DNA of 64,000 nt from Gammaproteobacteria bacterium. GTDB taxonomy: Bacteria > Pseudomonadota > Gammaproteobacteria > JADZEE01. The stretch lies in contig CBDDBH010000020.1 of NCBI GenBank assembly GCA_965225625.1, positions 70,341 to 134,340 of the forward strand, given 5' to 3'. The translations under genes and the position numbers were made by a program. This document shows positions 1 to 10,865 of this stretch, piece after piece (within the stretch, counting starts at the first letter, position 1; each line of letters starts with the position of its first letter). The notes beneath the pieces are model-generated. The model searched no databases and was not told where the DNA came from. It saw only the letters and a program-made list of their open reading frames with translations.

Positions 1-1527
1 TCCAGTTCGATGCGCAACTCGTCCGGGTTGTTTGCCGTGCGACCGCTGACGCCGAAACTCTCGGCCAGGCGCACGAAGTCGGGATTTTGTAAGCGTGAAC
101 CGATCTCGCGGCCGTTGTAGCGCTGCTGTTGATCGCGTAATACATTGCCGTAGGAACTGTTGTTGAAGATCACGGTAACCAGGTTGATACCGAATTGCGC
201 CGCGGTCGCGAGTTCCTGAACGCCGAACATAAAACCACCATCACCGGCGATAGATACGACTGCGCGATCGGGATTACCGACTTTGACACCCAGCGCGGTC
301 GGGAATCCGAATCCCAAGGTACCTTGATAACCAGCAGTGATATAGGTACGCGGCGCGTAGGTGGGCAAACTACTCCATGCCGCGAAGCCGACCTGTGTTA
401 TCTCCTCGACGTAAATGCCATCGCGCGGCAATACGTCGCGGATCGCGTTGAGGTAACCCATCTGCGGCTGCATTTTCTGTACTTCCTGCGCGGCGGCGGC
501 TTTTGCAGCTGCGAACTCATCGAGCCTGGATGAGCGTTTCGACGAACGCTTACTCACCTCTTCCACCAACGCCGCCGTCACTTTCTTTGCGTCGCCAACG
601 ATGCCGACGGTGGGTTTTAGACGCGTCATTTCAACGGGATCGATGTCAATGCGAACCAGCGGTAGATCGGCCGGCATGTCCGGCCAGCGCATGGTTTGTA
701 GCTCCAGCCGACTGCCTATACCCAGTAACAGATCAGTGTCTTTCCAGAATTTACGCGCGGCCGGAAACAACATACCAAGTTCATGATCGACGCTGACGAT
801 ACCGCGTCCCGAGCGCGATGATGTGATGGGCGCCTGCAGAATCGCAGCCAGCTCTTGTATCTCAGTGCCGGCGTCGATCGCACCGCCACCAATCATGATC
901 ATCGGATTTTTCGCATCCGCCAAAAGCTGCGCCGCGCGCGCGACGATGTCAGGATCCGCTTCGATCACCGGGTAGGGTTCCAACGGCTCGACGAGCGTGA
1001 CCTCACCCTCCATCCCGCACACGTCCCAAGGAGTTTCCACCGCAACAGGTCGCACGCGACCGCTGCGCAGTTGCCGAAAGCCCTCGGCAACCAATGACGG
1101 TGCCTGTGCCGGATGGTCGATTCGCTCCGCCCATTTAGTCAACGAGCGCAACACCCCCAACTGATCGGGCAACTCATGCAATTCGCCGCGGCCGCTGCCG
1201 ATGAATGCCGCCGGCACCTGCCCGGTAACACAGAATACCGGGGTGTTGGTTCCGTAGGCGGTACACAGCGCCGCCGTGGTATTCAACACGCCGGGTCCGG
1301 GGACCACCATATACGTGCCGACGCGGCCGGTGGATTGCGCATAGCCAAAAGCCATATACGCAGCTGCTTGCTCGTGTCGGGTGGTGTACACGGACACGCG
1401 ATCGCCGGCGCGCTTCAGCGCATCGAAATATTCGTAGATCTGCACGCCCGGTAAGCCGAAGACAGTATCGACGCCATGTTGGAGTAGCGATTCGACAACG
1501 GCAGTGCCGGTGGTCATCCGAGTCATG
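1..1527 (-). CDS. Thiamine-pyrophosphate-dependent enzyme (acetolactate synthase large subunit / sulfoacetaldehyde acetyltransferase-like). The start is in the window; the C-terminus runs off the left edge.
   Basis: Reverse-strand translation from the ATG at 1527 gives MTRMTTGTAVVESLLQHGVDTVFGLPGVQ..., a typical TPP-enzyme N-terminus. An AAGGAA Shine-Dalgarno lies 8 nt upstream. There are no minus-strand stop codons down to position 1. Only short antisense ORFs sit on the plus strand. Confidence 0.6.
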
Positions 1528-1616
1528 TTTGTGTTCCTTAGTTTCTATCGAGGAACCGCAATCGCGGCGAACACCTGTAAGGTGCCCGCGGGTACGCTGC
1601 TAGCGATGCGCATCGG

Positions 1617-2804
1617 CTACTTGTCGAAGTAGAGACGGGCGTCCTTCATCCACTTTGGCTGGTCGGCATTCTTCAAGCGTTTTGCTTTACCGAACGCTTC
1701 GCGGGGAAGTTGTTCAGGCCATACCGAGGTTTGCGCAATAACTTCGCGCACGCGCGTGCCTTCCTTATTGACATTGAACACCATGAGATCGTTTGCTAAG
1801 GTCAACGGACCGTCGTAGGTCTGCCGGACCTCGTGTTCAACGTCGATCAGCGTATCGAACTCGTTGAAGAAGTGATAGCCAACGGCATGCCGTGGCTTGG
1901 TCAGGCTGAACATACGCCCCGCTTGTGCGGGCGATGAATGGACGACTGTACCGACCATTTCCGATGTCCGTCTGTCCCAGCCATAGCCGCTCATCAAATG
2001 TTTTACCGGCAAGAAGGTTTCATGGATCAGCAGATCGGCGTTCTGGCCATTGTCAACGAAGAACTGAGTCGGTGTCGTGTCACCAGAGAAAACAAATACG
2101 AGGTCGTTCCACTCCAAGCGGAAACTAACCGGGCCTTCCATGATGTGAAACGCGGGAAAGCTGGATATCTGCACGCCATTGGCGTTGTAAATAACCTGTG
2201 TCTTGCTGTGGTCGAATTCGTGCACTTCGATTTCCGCGCCTGCCGCGGGCAATTTGCCGTGGCGGCTTTCCACGTCCCAGGTCCAGGCTTCGCGCTGGCG
2301 ATCAATAAAATATTGGGTACCCGTCTCCGTCCGTCCGCCGGAAGGCCCCCAGACACGCAACGGCCGATCGAAACGTCCGCCAACCCAACCTCCGATCCAC
2401 AGCGCCGGTAAATCTCCGGCATGATCAGTGTGCAGATGACTCAGAAATACCTTGTCCACCTGCCGGAAAGGCACCTGCATCACGGTAAAATTCATTTGCG
2501 AGCCAGTGCCTAGATCAAATAGAAACTTGTCACCGTTGCCCAGTTCCACCAACCAGGAGCTGGAGGCTTGCGACTTTCGCAATATCGGCATGCCCGTGCC
2601 CAGCGCGATTACCCGCATCTCATCAGGCGCGAGATCTTCGGTGCCCGGATAGTAATAATTCTTGTGGTAGAGCGCCTGCGAAGCCGCCTCAGATTCAGCA
2701 GCGCCTGGATCCTCGTGCGGCCCGAATACAAATATCAGACTTACAACCGCGGCGATTACCAGGGTCTTCGCGGGCGTTAAATACCGCATAAGCTTCACTG
2801 TCAT
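1617..2804 (-). CDS. MBL-fold metallo-hydrolase, secreted (signal peptide).
   Basis: HLHTDHAGD (HxHxDH) metallo-beta-lactamase motif. Start taken at the internal ATG (MTVKLMRYLTPAKTLVIAAVVSL...), which has a GGAGA RBS; the longer ORF-track start lacks an RBS. Confidence 0.65.
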   Translation of the reverse strand: MTVKLMRYLTPAKTLVIAAVVSLIFVFGPHEDPGAAESEAASQALYHKNYYYPGTEDLAPDEMRVIALGTGMPILRKSQASSSWLVELGNGDKFLFDLGTGSQMNFTVMQVPFRQVDKVFLSHLHTDHAGDLPALWIGGWVGGRFDRPLRVWGPSGGRTETGTQYFIDRQREAWTWDVESRHGKLPAAGAEIEVHEFDHSKTQVIYNANGVQISSFPAFHIMEGPVSFRLEWNDLVFVFSGDTTPTQFFVDNGQNADLLIHETFLPVKHLMSGYGWDRRTSEMVGTVVHSSPAQAGRMFSLTKPRHAVGYHFFNEFDTLIDVEHEVRQTYDGPLTLANDLMVFNVNKEGTRVREVIAQTSVWPEQLPREAFGKAKRLKNADQPKWMKDARLYFDK

Positions 2805-2975
2805 GTTTATTCTCCGCAAACAGGTATTCGGGATGCTGCTGCCATCCGCCGGACGCACTATACCGCCCGTCGCAGGCGGATACGAATCGACCCTGCATGA
2901 CGGCGACGTACTTCCTCCAGCAGAGTATGATCCCGCCTGCCCAAATTGCGTACGCAACTATCTAAGGAGAATGAG

Positions 2976-3746
2976 ATGCACAAGAACGCCAATCCGGTGA
3001 CTGAAATCTGCTATTCGGACGTCGACAAGATTTTGATACGGGGCAAGAACCTGTGTGACGAACTGATGGGTAAAATGACGTTCACCGAAATGACGTTGTT
3101 CCATTTATTGAAAGTGCCGCCAACACCGATGCAGACCACGATCGTGGATGCGGTCCTGGTGACCATTATGGAACACGGCTTGACGCCGTCCGCGATCGCG
3201 GCTCGGCAGACATTTTTCGGCGCTCCCGAAGCCTTACAGGGTGCCGTGGCGTCCGGGATCCTTGGCGTGGGCAGCAGGTTTGCCGGAACATCGGGTGATT
3301 GTGCGCTGTTGCTGAAAGAGATTGTCGAAGCACCAGAGGGCGAGCGTGAACAGGTGGCCACCGCCATTGCAAAACGCTTTCGCGAAGCGCGCAAGCCGTT
3401 GCCGGGCTATGGTCATCCGATCCACAAAAACGGCGATCCACGCGTGACCCGTCTAGTGGAGATTGCTAAAGAGGCCGGGGCAAAAGGTGACTATATAGAC
3501 GCCATGTTCTTATTGGGCGATGCCATCAATGCTGAGCTTGGCAAAAACCTGGTCATTAATGCCAGCGCCGGCATGGGTGCGGCGATGGCAGAGGCGGGAC
3601 TACCGCCGGAGATCATGCGCGGCATGATTCTTATTTCGCGCTGTGCCGGCGTGGTTGGTCATCTGCTCGAAGAGATGACAGAGCCTGCCTCTAATTTCAT
3701 GTGGGAATTGATCGAGGAGAAGGTGCCGTACGTGGGTCCGAAGTAA
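2976..3746 (+). CDS. Citrate synthase family protein, short form (citryl-CoA lyase-like).
   Basis: GYGHPIHKNGDPR matches the citrate-synthase active-site loop (GxGHxVxKxxDPR). About 256 aa, which is the short lyase-type length. ATG at 2976 follows a GGAGA RBS. Confidence 0.55.
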   Translation: MHKNANPVTEICYSDVDKILIRGKNLCDELMGKMTFTEMTLFHLLKVPPTPMQTTIVDAVLVTIMEHGLTPSAIAARQTFFGAPEALQGAVASGILGVGSRFAGTSGDCALLLKEIVEAPEGEREQVATAIAKRFREARKPLPGYGHPIHKNGDPRVTRLVEIAKEAGAKGDYIDAMFLLGDAINAELGKNLVINASAGMGAAMAEAGLPPEIMRGMILISRCAGVVGHLLEEMTEPASNFMWELIEEKVPYVGPK

Positions 3747-3887
3747 TAACAGGTACGAGGATCGCGGGGCATGGCGTCCTCGTATGCTTCCAACTGGTCA
3801 TCATTTGGTACCCCTCATCCGACCGCCATAAATGGCGGTCGGGTGAGGGGTAATATCGCGGCTACGCTCGGGGCTTACACGTTGCTC

Positions 3888-4961
3888 TTACGCTGTAGCT
3901 TTGACCGGTTGCTCTGACTGATACACCGGCAAGATCTCTTTACCCAGGAACTCCATCGATGCCATGACTTTGTCGTGCGAAATGCCGGGCATATTCGGCA
4001 TCAATGCGATCTCAGTAATACCAGCGGCGGCGATTTCCTTGACCCGTTCATGAAACTTCTCGGGCGGTCCGTACAGCGTGCGCTCGTTGTACATCATCTC
4101 GTAGTCCATTAGGGCTTCGACTTTCTTCACCAGGCCCTCATAGCCTTTGTAGTCTTTGGACCATCGGTCGCCGGTAACAGCGTCGCGAACGTATCCCAGG
4201 TAGTTAATCATGGGATCACGCGGAACTTCCTTCGCAATGGCTGCGTCCGGATGCGAGTAATAGAAGAACTGAGACATGATGTTGAAGTCACCAGGATCGT
4301 GCCCCGCTTCCTGCAACGCGTTTCGGTAGACGTCGAGCAATCCCTTGACGACGTCAAATGGCATCAAATATGGGACGACCATGAGATCGAGACCTTCATG
4401 GCCCGCATATTCGAAAGACTCCTTGGTCATGATTGTACCCAGCGTCATACGCGGCCGCCGCTGGATAGGACGAGGACGTAATTGTACGTCGTCCAATTTA
4501 GTGAATTTCCCGTCATAGGAGAAGCGTTCGTTCTCGAACAAGCCACGGATCACCTCATAGCCTTCCGTGAAGCGCTCGCGGCTCTCGCCCATGTCGGTGT
4601 TATAAGCAGCGTATTCATATTCCAGAAACGCGCGCACCATTCCGATCTCAAGGCGCCCGCCGGAAAGCACGTCCACCATCGCGAGTTGCTCGGCAAGCTC
4701 CAGTGGCCGGTGCAGCGGCAATGCAACGCCACCGGTGGCGAGTTTAATGCGCGTGGTGCGTTGCGCGATGATACCCAGCAGCATCAGCGGAGACGGCACA
4801 TCACCGCCGTAGTCGGTCATGTGATGTTCGGCTATCCAGACTTTTTCCAGACCGATCTGCTCACCGAGTTCGACCTCCTCGAAGATCTGCTGGTACATGG
4901 TGGCAGCGTCCGTGTGGGTCGGCTCGTGAAATGCCGTTAAGTAAAAAAGACTGAATTTCAT
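3888..4961 (-). CDS. LLM-class (luciferase-like) flavin-dependent oxidoreductase.
   Basis: Luciferase-like monooxygenase architecture across the sequence (MKFSLFY...HHMTDYGG...). GGGAGAG RBS before the ATG. Confidence 0.65.
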   Translation of the reverse strand: MKFSLFYLTAFHEPTHTDAATMYQQIFEEVELGEQIGLEKVWIAEHHMTDYGGDVPSPLMLLGIIAQRTTRIKLATGGVALPLHRPLELAEQLAMVDVLSGGRLEIGMVRAFLEYEYAAYNTDMGESRERFTEGYEVIRGLFENERFSYDGKFTKLDDVQLRPRPIQRRPRMTLGTIMTKESFEYAGHEGLDLMVVPYLMPFDVVKGLLDVYRNALQEAGHDPGDFNIMSQFFYYSHPDAAIAKEVPRDPMINYLGYVRDAVTGDRWSKDYKGYEGLVKKVEALMDYEMMYNERTLYGPPEKFHERVKEIAAAGITEIALMPNMPGISHDKVMASMEFLGKEILPVYQSEQPVKATA

Positions 4962-5033
4962 CGCTTCTCTCCCAATACACCTTCCCCCGCAACGGGAGAA
5001 GGGACCCTTGTCTATGCTGACGTAATCAGAAAA

Positions 5034-6368
5034 CTACTCACGCGCATTCGAAAAATCGACGAGTTTCGACTTATATTCCTCGCGTGGCAGACTCGCGTAG
5101 GGAACCAGATCAATGCGCGTGCTGACCATCAGATTTGTTCGGATGGTTTTCTTGATTCGCTCTGCAAGCCCGTCGGGTACCTGGGCAACGCCTTCGCCGA
5201 GTTCAACCTCGATGGGCAGCGGCGGCTCTTGAGCCACGGCTTTTTTTGTCGGCTTAATGCGAAAGGTTTCGCCCACTTCCGGTCGAAACGAGTTCAACAG
5301 TTCACGAACGGCGGTCGGAAACAGATTCACACCACGCACGATCAACATGTCGTCGGTGCGACCGATGCAGCGCACGCGCAGACTGGTACGCCCGCAGGCG
5401 CACGGTTGCATGTTGACGACAATGTGATCGCGGCTGCGCAGGCGCAGCAACGGCATCGCTTCTCGATCCAGAGAGGTGTAAATCAATTCACCCTCGGCAC
5501 CGTCTTCCCATGGGATCGTCTCGCCGGTGTCAGGCGCGATGAGTTCCACATAGGTATTGTCCCGACCGGAAAAATGCATACCACCTTCGTGTTCGCATTC
5601 GCCCCAAATCGACGTCGATATATCGCCGATACCCATTGCCTCTCGCAAGATGCACGCGAACGTAGATTGCACCCGCTCTCGGATCGCAGGGTCACCGCCA
5701 CCGGGCTCGCCTGCGGTAGCGATGTTGCGGATCCCCAACGACTTGGGATCGATATTCCGCTCCAGACACCAGTCAATCAGGTACAGAGCATACGAGGGTG
5801 TGCAGGAGATCCCGGCACTGCTCATGCCCAGAATTTGCAGACCTTTGACCAGACGCTCGGTATTGCCGGTGCCCACCGGCACCACCGAAGCGCCGAGCTT
5901 ATCAAAGCCATAATACGCGGCGCCCGCCGCGAACGGCCCAGCGTTGAACGTCACCAACAGACGTTGTCCAGGCCTGAATCCAGCCGCGAAATACGAGCGC
6001 GCGGTATTCGTCGCCCAGACATTGCAGTCGCTTTTGGTAAGGCCGATGTAACACGGCGTACCGGTCGTGCCGCTGGTCGAGAAGATCCGCTGCAGCAGGC
6101 CGCCGTCTGCGCACACGTGAGCCCCGAGCGGTGGGTCCTCTGCCTGGGTTTTACGGATCTCATCCTTGACGGTGAACGGCAGTACGCCGATAGCGTCTAC
6201 ACCACCGATACTCTCGGCGTCGTCGAAACCCGCTTCTTTCAGCTTGCGTTGATAAAAATCCGAGCGTTCGAACAGATATGTGATCTGTTTGCGATAAAGC
6301 GCATCGTCGCGCTTATGCTGCTCATCAAGCGTGCGTGTTTCGACCTCCCGATCAAACATCTCTGCCAT
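5034..6368 (-). CDS. Phenylacetate-CoA ligase family (PaaK-like adenylate-forming enzyme).
   Basis: STSGTTGTP AMP-binding motif. PaaK-like N-terminus and length (444 aa). Confidence 0.7.
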   Translation of the reverse strand: MAEMFDREVETRTLDEQHKRDDALYRKQITYLFERSDFYQRKLKEAGFDDAESIGGVDAIGVLPFTVKDEIRKTQAEDPPLGAHVCADGGLLQRIFSTSGTTGTPCYIGLTKSDCNVWATNTARSYFAAGFRPGQRLLVTFNAGPFAAGAAYYGFDKLGASVVPVGTGNTERLVKGLQILGMSSAGISCTPSYALYLIDWCLERNIDPKSLGIRNIATAGEPGGGDPAIRERVQSTFACILREAMGIGDISTSIWGECEHEGGMHFSGRDNTYVELIAPDTGETIPWEDGAEGELIYTSLDREAMPLLRLRSRDHIVVNMQPCACGRTSLRVRCIGRTDDMLIVRGVNLFPTAVRELLNSFRPEVGETFRIKPTKKAVAQEPPLPIEVELGEGVAQVPDGLAERIKKTIRTNLMVSTRIDLVPYASLPREEYKSKLVDFSNARE

Positions 6369-6384
6369 CGGTTTGAGCTTCAGC

Positions 6385-7062
6385 TTAGGCGGGAAATGTC
6401 ATGCCATCGACCAGGCACGCCTTAAAAAAGCCTTCGTAGATCTCGTCGGGCACACTGAAGACGTTCTCGGCCAGGATCGGGTTGGCGCGCAACCGATCGG
6501 CGTAGGCCTGTACATTGCTGTAACTGGCCCACTTTTTGTTGTCGGTGAGGTTCGCCCAGATCGGTATGTTGTTAATCGTTGGCGCCAACATACAGTCGAC
6601 CAGCGACAGATCCGGACCGAGGAACAAACCATCGTTGCCGGCGAGTTCCTTGTCCAGCATCGCCAGAACGTCGAACAGATCGGCGCAGAGCTTTTGCTTG
6701 CGGTCGAGCTCTCGTTCCCCATGGACAAACCCCACATCACGATCCATCAGTTCACGATCCGTGTATTGCAACCACTGCCGAGCGTAGGCTCGCCGCTTGG
6801 GCTCCGAAGGCATCATCGGCGGTTCCGGCCACACCTCGTCGATATATTGCATGATGTTGCACGACTCTAAAATGACGTCGCCGTCATGCACCAGCACCGG
6901 CACCTTGCCGAATGGAGAAATTTTGTTGAATTCCTCAGGCCGCTCGCGCTGACTGATGTCGATATCGACGCGGTCGTACTCCACCCCTTTTGCAGCAAAG
7001 GTGGAAAACACCCGCTGACATGAAGGCGAAATGGGCAGTTCGTATAATTGTGGTTTCGCCAT
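6385..7062 (-). CDS. Glutathione S-transferase.
   Basis: GST N-terminal thioredoxin-like motif (LYELPISPSCQRV...GKVPVL). Confidence 0.65.
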   Translation of the reverse strand: MAKPQLYELPISPSCQRVFSTFAAKGVEYDRVDIDISQRERPEEFNKISPFGKVPVLVHDGDVILESCNIMQYIDEVWPEPPMMPSEPKRRAYARQWLQYTDRELMDRDVGFVHGERELDRKQKLCADLFDVLAMLDKELAGNDGLFLGPDLSLVDCMLAPTINNIPIWANLTDNKKWASYSNVQAYADRLRANPILAENVFSVPDEIYEGFFKACLVDGMTFPA

Positions 7063-7098
7063 TTAAATGGCCTCCCTTTAATTAGTTTGATTAACGGT

Positions 7099-7626
7099 TT
7101 ATGCGGATTGCGCTATCGGTTCGTGCTTGGTCTTTTGCCATTTGTCGAGCACATCGTGCGCAATGGTAATTTCCTCATCCATGGTCACATCGTAGTTATT
7201 GTCTTTGGTCGTAAGCTCGAATACGTAGCCATTCGGATCGCGGAAATAAATGGAATGGCAAAAGCCGTGATCGGCAGGACCACGGACATTGATCCCCGCG
7301 TCTAATCCCTTTTGCTTGTATTCCAACAACGTGTCCATCCCGTCGACTTCGCAGGCGATGTGCAAGTCAAAATCCGACTTGTCCTCGAACATGCTCTCGT
7401 CTTGGTCCCCGGGTACTTCGAAAAAGGCGATGAACGAGTGGTCGTTCATCTCATAGAAACTGTGCAGCGCCTTAATCGGTCGGCCCGTCTTTGTGGCCGT
7501 CAATTCGAAGGCCGTGGTCAGGCGCATGCCTAATACCCCTTCGTAGAATTGCCGCGTTTCTTCCGAATCACGGCAACGCCAAACATTGTGATGCAAACCT
7601 TTAATATCATGCGTGTAAGTACTCAT
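7099..7626 (-). CDS. VOC (glyoxalase/bleomycin-resistance/extradiol dioxygenase) family protein.
   Basis: Paired beta-alpha-beta-beta-beta VOC-like sequence. Transcribed divergently from the LysR regulator. Confidence 0.55.
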   Translation of the reverse strand: MSTYTHDIKGLHHNVWRCRDSEETRQFYEGVLGMRLTTAFELTATKTGRPIKALHSFYEMNDHSFIAFFEVPGDQDESMFEDKSDFDLHIACEVDGMDTLLEYKQKGLDAGINVRGPADHGFCHSIYFRDPNGYVFELTTKDNNYDVTMDEEITIAHDVLDKWQKTKHEPIAQSA

Positions 7627-7774
7627 ATCAGACCTCCGACAAAATGCAAACGGACTGGAAAATTAGTCGGCACCTGGCACCTCGGTGACCGTCGTTGCTG
7701 CAATTATAGATTGCCCCAAGAATGAAAAAAGGGCTAATATTCACATTACTTGTGCCTTTTTGGAACAAATAGCC

Positions 7775-8701
7775 ATGGCCCAACTTGAGGAGATGCAAGC
7801 CTTCGTCAAGGCTGTTGAAACACAGAGTTTGTCGGAGGCTGCGCGCGAACTCAATGTCTCACCATCAGCCATCAGCAAGCAGCTGCGCAATTTGGAGAAT
7901 CGCCTGGAATCGCGGCTTTTGCACCGCACCACCCGTTCCCTGGCCCTGACTGAGCCCGGGCGTGGATTCTACGAACGTTGTAAATCAATTCTAGCGGAGG
8001 TGGAACGAGCGGAAGTCAGCGTTCACGAGCTTCAGGACGAGCCACAGGGAACGCTGCGGGTCACCGCGTCAGGCGATTTTTCGCGGTTGCATTTGGGTGA
8101 GTTGCTTGGGGATTTCGCGGTTCGCTATCCAAATTTGCGCCTGGAGCTGACATTTACCGACCGTACCGTGGACATTCTCAGCGAAGGCTATGATGTTGCG
8201 ATCCGCATCGCCTCGCTTGCGGATTCCAGCCTGGTTGCACGCAAGCTCGCGCCATGTCGACGGGTGTTATCTGCGACTCCTGCCTATCTCGCCGCAAACG
8301 GCACGCCCGGCACACCCGACGACCTGAAAAACCACGAATGCATCGGCTACGAATATATGGGGACGTCGCCGGGCTGGCGCTTTCGCGTCAACGGCGATAC
8401 ACAGACCGTGCCTGTCAAAGGGCGATTACGTGCCAATGCCGGCTGGATGATCCGCGAACTCACCTTGGCAGGTTTGGGGATCGGCTTTCTGCCGACTTTC
8501 CTCATCGGTGACGATCTGCGTACCGGTAATCTTGTTACGTTTTTGGACGACTGTCTGGACGCCGATACAGACATCTATGTCGTCTATCCAAGCCGATCGC
8601 ACTTGTCTACAAAAGTCCGCGTGTTCGTCGACTTTCTGGTGGAATGCGTAGGTCCGGCGCCCATCTGGGACGCCGGCTTGCACCAGCAGTCTGTCGGGTG
8701 A
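7775..8701 (+). CDS. LysR-family transcriptional regulator.
   Basis: N-terminal HTH (LSEAARELNVSPSAISKQLRNLE) followed by a substrate-binding domain. Start taken at MAQLEEM (ATG 7775), divergent from the VOC gene. Confidence 0.8.
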   Translation: MAQLEEMQAFVKAVETQSLSEAARELNVSPSAISKQLRNLENRLESRLLHRTTRSLALTEPGRGFYERCKSILAEVERAEVSVHELQDEPQGTLRVTASGDFSRLHLGELLGDFAVRYPNLRLELTFTDRTVDILSEGYDVAIRIASLADSSLVARKLAPCRRVLSATPAYLAANGTPGTPDDLKNHECIGYEYMGTSPGWRFRVNGDTQTVPVKGRLRANAGWMIRELTLAGLGIGFLPTFLIGDDLRTGNLVTFLDDCLDADTDIYVVYPSRSHLSTKVRVFVDFLVECVGPAPIWDAGLHQQSVG

Positions 8702-8704
8702 AAG

Positions 8705-9496
8705 CTACGCGGCTTGCAGGTGAACCTTGATCTTCTCCCAAGCCGGCTGGCCTTTGTCCCGCAGGCTCTGCAGCGCATCGTCGGGAAAATCCGCGGTCAC
8801 CGCGCTTTGGTAAGAATCGCGAGACCGGCAGCGCGCATACCAATCGGCAACGCGCGGATGTGTTTCGTACATAGCCGTCCATCCGAATTGATATAGCGTC
8901 TGAAAGTACGGTGACATGGCGGCATCGGCTAGTGAAAATGTATCACCGGCAAGCCACGACTGCTCCGCCAGCGTTGCGTCCATGTCCGCAACCGTTTTTT
9001 GATAAGTGGCAACGGCGTCTTTTACGTCAGGAGCGTCCAGACCCATTTTGATGAGGCGCATTTGACGCTCGCGTCGAGGTTTCTCCACCACTTTCGCGAC
9101 CAGTGCATCGCGTTCGGCTTGCGTCAATTCCATTAACCGCGGTCGCATTAATAACGGCCACTGCAAAGCACCGCAGGACGGATGTAGCTTGTTGTCTATA
9201 TGCTTCATCCAAAAACGCATCTGCGAGATTTTGTGCGGACCGCCGGGACGCAAGCCCGGGTCGGGGTATTTGTCGTCGAGAAATTCGCAGATGATCGACG
9301 ACTCGATTACCGGTTTACCGTCGTCCACCAAAGTCGGCACAACACCGAGCGGGTTAAGTTTCAAATACTCGGGGCGCAGATTTTCCTTATCGGGAAGGCT
9401 GACATGGTGCTTTTCCCATTCAAGCGATTTCTCGGCCAGAACAATGCGGACCTTCTGGGCACAAGGCGATTGCGGGTGGGTATAAAGTTCGATCAT
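8705..9496 (-). CDS. Glutathione S-transferase family protein.
   Basis: MIELYTHPQSPCAQKVRIVLAEK...LNPLGVVPTL, a GST fold. Confidence 0.65.
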   Translation of the reverse strand: MIELYTHPQSPCAQKVRIVLAEKSLEWEKHHVSLPDKENLRPEYLKLNPLGVVPTLVDDGKPVIESSIICEFLDDKYPDPGLRPGGPHKISQMRFWMKHIDNKLHPSCGALQWPLLMRPRLMELTQAERDALVAKVVEKPRRERQMRLIKMGLDAPDVKDAVATYQKTVADMDATLAEQSWLAGDTFSLADAAMSPYFQTLYQFGWTAMYETHPRVADWYARCRSRDSYQSAVTADFPDDALQSLRDKGQPAWEKIKVHLQAA

Positions 9497-9617
9497 AGCG
9501 ACAGACCGTCCATTTTTGTTCGAATCGAGGCGCCCATTATAGCTTGGTCGTCAAACTGTATTCCCTGATCTCGATTCGGTATCCTCGCTCACTTCTTCCA
9601 CAGCAGCGGCGGCGATC

Positions 9618-10358
9618 ATGGCAAAAAGAATAAAAATTATATTTCCAGTCCCAATGAACGAGCACACTCGCGAAATGGTTGAATCGCAGATCCCGCCGGA
9701 GTTTATCCGCCCCGGCTTTGAGGTCGAGTTCGCCGGCTCCAAACGTTTGATGACGCTTGCCAGCAGTTACTACGACATGGCTATTATGGAAATGATCGTA
9801 TTGGAAGCTGGATTGAAGGCCGAAGAGGAAGGCTTCGACGCGGTGTGCATCAATACCGTAAGCGATTCGTCGCTGTACTCGTTGCGATCGCGTCTTAGCA
9901 TCCCCGTCATTTCTCCCGGGCAAAGTGCGTTTCATGTCGCCTGTATGCTTGGCCACAAGTTTTCGGTCATCACAATGTGGGACGAATGGTATCCGCTTTA
10001 TAAGAAAACTCTCACCGATTACGGACTTATGTCGCGGGTCGCATCAATACGCTCCATCGACACCCGACCTGACGTACAGGAACTGTTGGAAGGCAAAGAG
10101 GAGATCGTCTTCGGTAAACTCGAAGCACAGGCACGCGCGGCGATGGAAGAAGACGGTGCGGACGTTATTGTTCTGGGTTCGACGACGATGCACCAATCAC
10201 ATCAACACTTGAAAAAGACGCTGCCGATACCAGTTATTAATCCGGGGGTGATCGCCTACAAGTTGTGTGAAGTGTTCTTAGAGTTGGATTTGTGTCATTC
10301 GAAGTCGGCGTTTCCGACGCCTGAGAATATTCAGGACGAGAATTTGTTTCCGATTTAG
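9618..10358 (+). CDS. Asp/Glu/hydantoin racemase superfamily protein (maleate isomerase / arylmalonate decarboxylase-like).
   Basis: Two-lobed racemase-like sequence carrying the INTVSDS and VLGSTTM motifs. Confidence 0.55.
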   Translation: MAKRIKIIFPVPMNEHTREMVESQIPPEFIRPGFEVEFAGSKRLMTLASSYYDMAIMEMIVLEAGLKAEEEGFDAVCINTVSDSSLYSLRSRLSIPVISPGQSAFHVACMLGHKFSVITMWDEWYPLYKKTLTDYGLMSRVASIRSIDTRPDVQELLEGKEEIVFGKLEAQARAAMEEDGADVIVLGSTTMHQSHQHLKKTLPIPVINPGVIAYKLCEVFLELDLCHSKSAFPTPENIQDENLFPI

Positions 10359-10395
10359 CGGTGCACCTCCGTATCCATCAATAGATGAGGGAAAA

Positions 10396-10821
10396 TAAAT
10401 TGGGGTCAATAAATTGGGGTCAATAAATTGGGGTCAATAAATTGGGGTCAATAAATTGGGGTCAATAAATTGGGGTCAATAAATTGGGGTCAATAAATTG
10501 GGGTCAATAAATTGGGGTCAATAAATTGGGGTCAATAAATTGGGGTCAATAAATTGGGGTCAATAAATTGGGGTCAATAAATTGGGGTCAATAAATTGGG
10601 GTCAATAAATTGGGGTCAATAAATTGGGGTCAATAAATTGGGGTCAATAAATTGGGGTCAATAAATTGGGGTCAATAAATTGGGGTCAATAAATTGGGGT
10701 CAATAAATTGGGGTCAATAAATTGGGGTCAATAAATTGGGGTCAATAAATTGGGGTCAATAAATTGGGGTCAATAAATTGGGGTCAATAAATTGGGGTCA
10801 ATAAATTGGGGTCAATAAATT
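10396..10821. repeat. Perfect 14-bp tandem repeat (GGGGTCAATAAATT), 30 full copies plus a diverged 31st copy that runs into a hairpin.
   Basis: GGGG occurs at 10402 + 14k for k = 0..29 with no mismatch. The array is intergenic, between the convergent racemase-family gene and the DMT transporter gene. It is AT-rich against a high-GC background. The period is not a multiple of 3. Confidence 0.95.
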
Positions 10822-10865
10822 GGGGTCAGATACACATTTCTGTTCGGAAATATGTATCTGACCCC
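10822..10865. terminator. Long hairpin (19-bp stem, 6-nt loop) immediately after the tandem array; candidate bidirectional terminator.
   Basis: ggggtcagatacacatttc-tgttcg-gaaatatgtatctgacccc, with 1 mismatch in the stem. The left arm is itself a partial repeat unit. Sits between convergent 3' ends. Confidence 0.45.

Noticed and set aside
195-1454. Four short plus-strand ORFs at the left edge.
   Set aside because: They lie opposite the TPP-enzyme gene, which reads cleanly on the minus strand.
5229-6425. 398-aa plus-strand ORF.
   Set aside because: It is antisense to the PaaK-like ligase gene. Its product is low-complexity and R/A/G-rich, typical of off-frame high-GC sequence.
10396-10821. 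Tandem array as a CRISPR locus.
   Set aside because: The units are contiguous with no spacers and no cas genes, and the period is 14 bp.
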